A stretch of 31,163 bases of DNA from an uncultured Neisseria sp. Its GTDB lineage: Bacteria; Pseudomonadota; Gammaproteobacteria; Burkholderiales; UBA11063. The stretch covers positions 1-31,163 of the forward strand of contig CAYIZV010000029.1 of assembly GCA_964367915.1 (NCBI GenBank). Reading direction: 5' to 3'. The position numbers and the translations under genes were made by a program. This document shows, piece after piece, positions 28,519 to 31,163 of the stretch (its first letter is position 1; the number at the start of each line of letters is the position of its first letter). Below the pieces are notes generated by a model, which saw only the letters and a list, made by a program, of their open reading frames with translations, was not told the DNA's origin and ran no database searches.

Positions 28519-28544
28519 TAAAAACCAGCCAATTGGCTGGTTTT
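28519..28544. terminator. Hairpin AAAAACCAGCC-AATT-GGCTGGTTTTT between the 88-aa secreted-protein gene and the SMR gene. Terminator or attenuator.
   Basis: 10-bp perfect stem with A/T runs on both sides. Confidence 0.5.
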
Positions 28545-28571
28545 TACATCTTATTCAATAGATGCAAATTA

Positions 28572-28838
28572 TTATTCACAATGGTTAATAACTTCAGTTG
28601 GCGTATTGTTTGCAAAATAACATGTGTATTTATGTTTATTTGCATCAGTAAATTTTACCTCGTACATTCCCTTACTGGTTTTTTGCTTATCTATGGTACA
28701 CTTTTGTACATCTTGTAATGTTGATGTAGCAGTAATATTTACGTTATTTGCACAACCAACAGGAAAAGTAACGGCAGAGCTTGCTGAAGCAACTCCACAA
28801 AATGCAAAACCAGATAAAACAAGTAACAAATTTTTCAT
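28572..28838 (-). CDS. Small secreted protein (88 aa, signal peptide, 4 Cys)
   Basis: MKNLLLVLSGFAFCGVASASSA signal peptide. No family recognised. Confidence 0.45.
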   Translation of the reverse strand: MKNLLLVLSGFAFCGVASASSAVTFPVGCANNVNITATSTLQDVQKCTIDKQKTSKGMYEVKFTDANKHKYTCYFANNTPTEVINHCE

Positions 28839-29081
28839 AAATTTTCTCTCTCAATTAAATTGATTTATTGTTGAAATAACTGAAATTACATAAGATTCAC
28901 AATTATTCAACTTTTTACTAGGATTTATTATACCACATTTAGCAAATGCAGCAAATGCAACTAAATTTTAATGCTGGACAAGATAAGCAGGTGTTTGGTA
29001 TAATCTTGCTACCTCAAGGATTTACTCAGTATTTTGCAATAATTTTTATCTGTTATTTACAGATGCAAGGACTAATTCATA

Positions 29082-29411
29082 ATGTTAAATTTCGAACTTC
29101 AGTTATCAATTTTAAAATCAATTTCTGCTACTTATGCTGATGAAAAGCGCGTTGAAATCAGCTCTAAACAATTTGAAGTTGATCAAGATACTTTTGTCTA
29201 TAATATGGTTTATCTTAAAAAAGAAAAATTGGTGGATCTATCAAGCATGAGTTCACGTGCGGCAGTTAACGCTGTGGTTTCTTCCGATGAGCCAGAAACT
29301 GTAGCAGCTCCAGCAGCGGCATCATACACAATCGCTCGCTGTATAATTACTCATGCTGGGTTAAAAGCATTATGCGCAAATAATGGCACGCGAATTATAT
29401 CTGCAGAATAA
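29082..29411 (+). CDS. Hypothetical protein (109 aa)
   Basis: ORF followed directly by a terminator. Confidence 0.35.
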   Translation: MLNFELQLSILKSISATYADEKRVEISSKQFEVDQDTFVYNMVYLKKEKLVDLSSMSSRAAVNAVVSSDEPETVAAPAAASYTIARCIITHAGLKALCANNGTRIISAE

Positions 29412-29418
29412 GAATAGG

Positions 29419-29448
29419 ATGCCGTTAATTATAAACGGCATTTTTTTA
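29419..29448. terminator. Rho-independent terminator ATGCCGTT-(7-nt loop)-AACGGCATTTTTTT
   Basis: 8-bp stem plus a T7 run. Lies between convergent genes. Confidence 0.55.
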
Positions 29449-29817
29449 TTTGCTATCGACTTTATGTAGCGCTTGCTTACACAAATTATTATCTACCATA
29501 ATCAATCCTTCTGAAAAAATGGCAGACCAATTATTAGTTGAGTCAGTTGCAACTAGCCTAGTCATGATACTGTCTTTTCGGGTATTCAACTTTATCGTTG
29601 ATCTAGATACGCCTTGAGCATTATGAAAATCAACTAAAATAAGTTCATGATTTACTAGCTGCAAGGTCAAACTACAACCCATGGCATCACTCCACATTCC
29701 CAGCACTTCTGGATTTACTTCAACTGTTTTATGAGTATCTTTGTTATTACATCCCAATAAGGACAGAACAATACTGCTGAGTATTATAAATTTTTGCATA
29801 TTCATTTTTCTTATCAT
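29446..29817 (-). CDS. Lipoprotein (lipobox LLGC)
   Basis: MQKFIILSSIVLSLLGC. Confidence 0.45.
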   Translation of the reverse strand: MIRKMNMQKFIILSSIVLSLLGCNNKDTHKTVEVNPEVLGMWSDAMGCSLTLQLVNHELILVDFHNAQGVSRSTIKLNTRKDSIMTRLVATDSTNNWSAIFSEGLIMVDNNLCKQALHKVDSK

Positions 29818-30126
29818 TTAAAAATTAAAGAATTGCGAAATTATGTGTCCTTAAAGCGACACATAATTACAGCAGCCCCTGATTTTACTTGATTTTGGCA
29901 AAAATTAACTTATTTTTTATTCTTAATTTAATTTTATAAGATAAAATTATCTCTGGAAATAGTGAAGTTATGATTTATAGCTTATATCCTAGCGAAAGCT
30001 ATGTTAAGACATCCAGTCAAAGTTCATAAAATGGAGCTTCTAACCAGAAAAATATTACGCTTTAATTTTCAATCTAACCTATATTTCAGGAACATCACCT
30101 ATTACTAGGTAATGAGAAAGTTGATC

Positions 30127-31163
30127 ATGAAAAAATTATTACTCGTTTTATGTTCTATAGGTGTTGCGGCACCATTGTTAGCTTTTGCTGATAATAGTAG
30201 TGAATCTACTATGGCAAATAGTCCATCGCCAACTCCAAGTGCACCACCTCCAAATAATAATGCAGCTTTTATAAACCGAAGTGCATATTTGCAAAACCCT
30301 TACAATTCTGAAAATTACCCGACCACGGGTGGTGGAACTTTAGTTGTCAACGAAAGTCAGGTAGCACAACAAAATTTCTGGCAAAAATGGTTTGAGGATG
30401 GCACTTATAACGTATATGCAGGCACAACCGTCAACGCAGCAGGAACAGCCAATAGTGGCAATAACCCAGCTCCTTATAATCGCTCTGTACAACCTTATTC
30501 ATATGGTGCAAATATATTCGCACAAACTGGGCAAGCAGCAGGATTTTCCATTGGCGGATTATTTAGCACGATGAATCCCTTATTTGCAGCGCAAGAAGAT
30601 GGGCTTGCAATCCAACAAGGTAGTAAAGATTACTCGATTTATAATACGACCTACTCCCAAGCCATGATATCCGAAGCATTTGTCGAATATCAATACAAAA
30701 ATACAGTTCAAGCAGATATTGGCTATATTGGTATAAATAACAGTCCATGGATTAATGGTAATTATGAAAATAATCTATTAACAGTCCCTGCAACCTATCA
30801 AGGTGCTTTAGTTAATATATACCCTGGTGGTGGATGGTTATTGACTGCCTTGGCATTTAATGCTGCACAATATGGCGCAGCTCCCGGTTTTACTGGTAAT
30901 ACCAATTACAGCATCACCAACGATGGAATAGCCAATAATAATGGTTACGCTGCATCAAATGGAACTGTTGCAATTGGTGCTAACTATAGTGGTCTTAGCA
31001 ATAACTATAACTTACGGCTATGGGGTTATCAATTTGATAACTATGGAACACTTTTGTATAGTGATACTAGTCTAACTCTGCCTGTAAATGATAAATCTTC
31101 ATTTAATATCTCAGCTCAGGCCGGTACTGACCAGCAATGGTTTCAAGCCAATAATGCAATTAC
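30127..31163 (+). CDS. Outer-membrane porin resembling the Legionellales major outer membrane protein family. N-terminal part; continues beyond the window end.
   Basis: My own translation: MKKLLLVLCSIGVAAPLLAFA signal peptide, a Pro/Ser/Asn-rich linker, then Gly/Tyr/Asn/Ala-rich beta-strand repeats (YQGALVNIYPGGGW, LRLWGYQFDNYG). Not in the ORF track because there is no stop inside the window. Confidence 0.5.
   Translation, partial: MKKLLLVLCSIGVAAPLLAFADNSSESTMANSPSPTPSAPPPNNNAAFINRSAYLQNPYNSENYPTTGGGTLVVNESQVAQQNFWQKWFEDGTYNVYAGTTVNAAGTANSGNNPAPYNRSVQPYSYGANIFAQTGQAAGFSIGGLFSTMNPLFAAQEDGLAIQQGSKDYSIYNTTYSQAMISEAFVEYQYKNTVQADIGYIGINNSPWINGNYENNLLTVPATYQGALVNIYPGGGWLLTALAFNAAQYGAAPGFTGNTNYSITNDGIANNNGYAASNGTVAIGANYSGLSNNYNLRLWGYQFDNYGTLLYSDTSLTLPVNDKSSFNISAQAGTDQQWFQANNAI

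Noticed and set aside
28490-28571. Guanidine riboswitch (ykkC or mini-ykkC) upstream of the SMR/Gdx gene
   Set aside because: The leader contains a single perfectly palindromic AATT-loop hairpin, not paired ACGR-loop hairpins or a ykkC-like multi-stem fold. Interpreted as a terminator or attenuator.
1-31163. CRISPR array
   Set aside because: No regularly spaced direct repeats of 24-48 bp anywhere in the window. The repeats at 3320-3405 are promoter-proximal iterons and those at 12425/12844 are 419 bp apart.

Overview
AT-rich (roughly mid-30s % GC by eye) gammaproteobacterial window. The partial porin ORF at the 3' end resembles the Legionellales MOMP family, so a Legionella-like host is a tentative guess. 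The window has two parts. (1) About 1-22.1 kb looks like conjugative mobile DNA (plasmid or ICE segment). It carries a partial VirD4/TraD-type coupling ATPase, a Gtr-like GT2 plus polytopic membrane glycosylation pair, and an actin-like ParM/ParR partition cassette with upstream iterons. It also carries an IHF/HU-like protein, a WGR-domain protein, an orphan M.TaqI-like N6-adenine methyltransferase, an RHH regulator with a perfect 15-bp inverted-repeat operator, and an ORF6N-domain protein. A tight operon of small lipoproteins and membrane proteins, a FinO/ProQ-like protein and a flotillin (SPFH) protein follow, and a tyrosine recombinase at 21.05-22.12 kb is the apparent element edge. Inside this part is an unusual ~2.2-kb ORF-free, GC-enriched, hairpin-dense tract (11.35-13.55 kb) with a minus-strand terminator at its left end. 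(2) About 22.6-31.2 kb looks like chromosomal core. It holds an 8-strand-type OMP, the lipocalin Blc and a minus-strand cluster (small secreted protein, terminator, SMR/Gdx exporter, agmatinase SpeB, APC antiporter-like permease, arginine decarboxylase SpeA). Small secreted or lipoprotein genes and a partial MOMP-like porin finish the window. I found no rRNA, tRNA, CRISPR array or transposase. All calls rest on motif recognition in the provided translations and by-eye repeat and hairpin inspection. No database search was possible.
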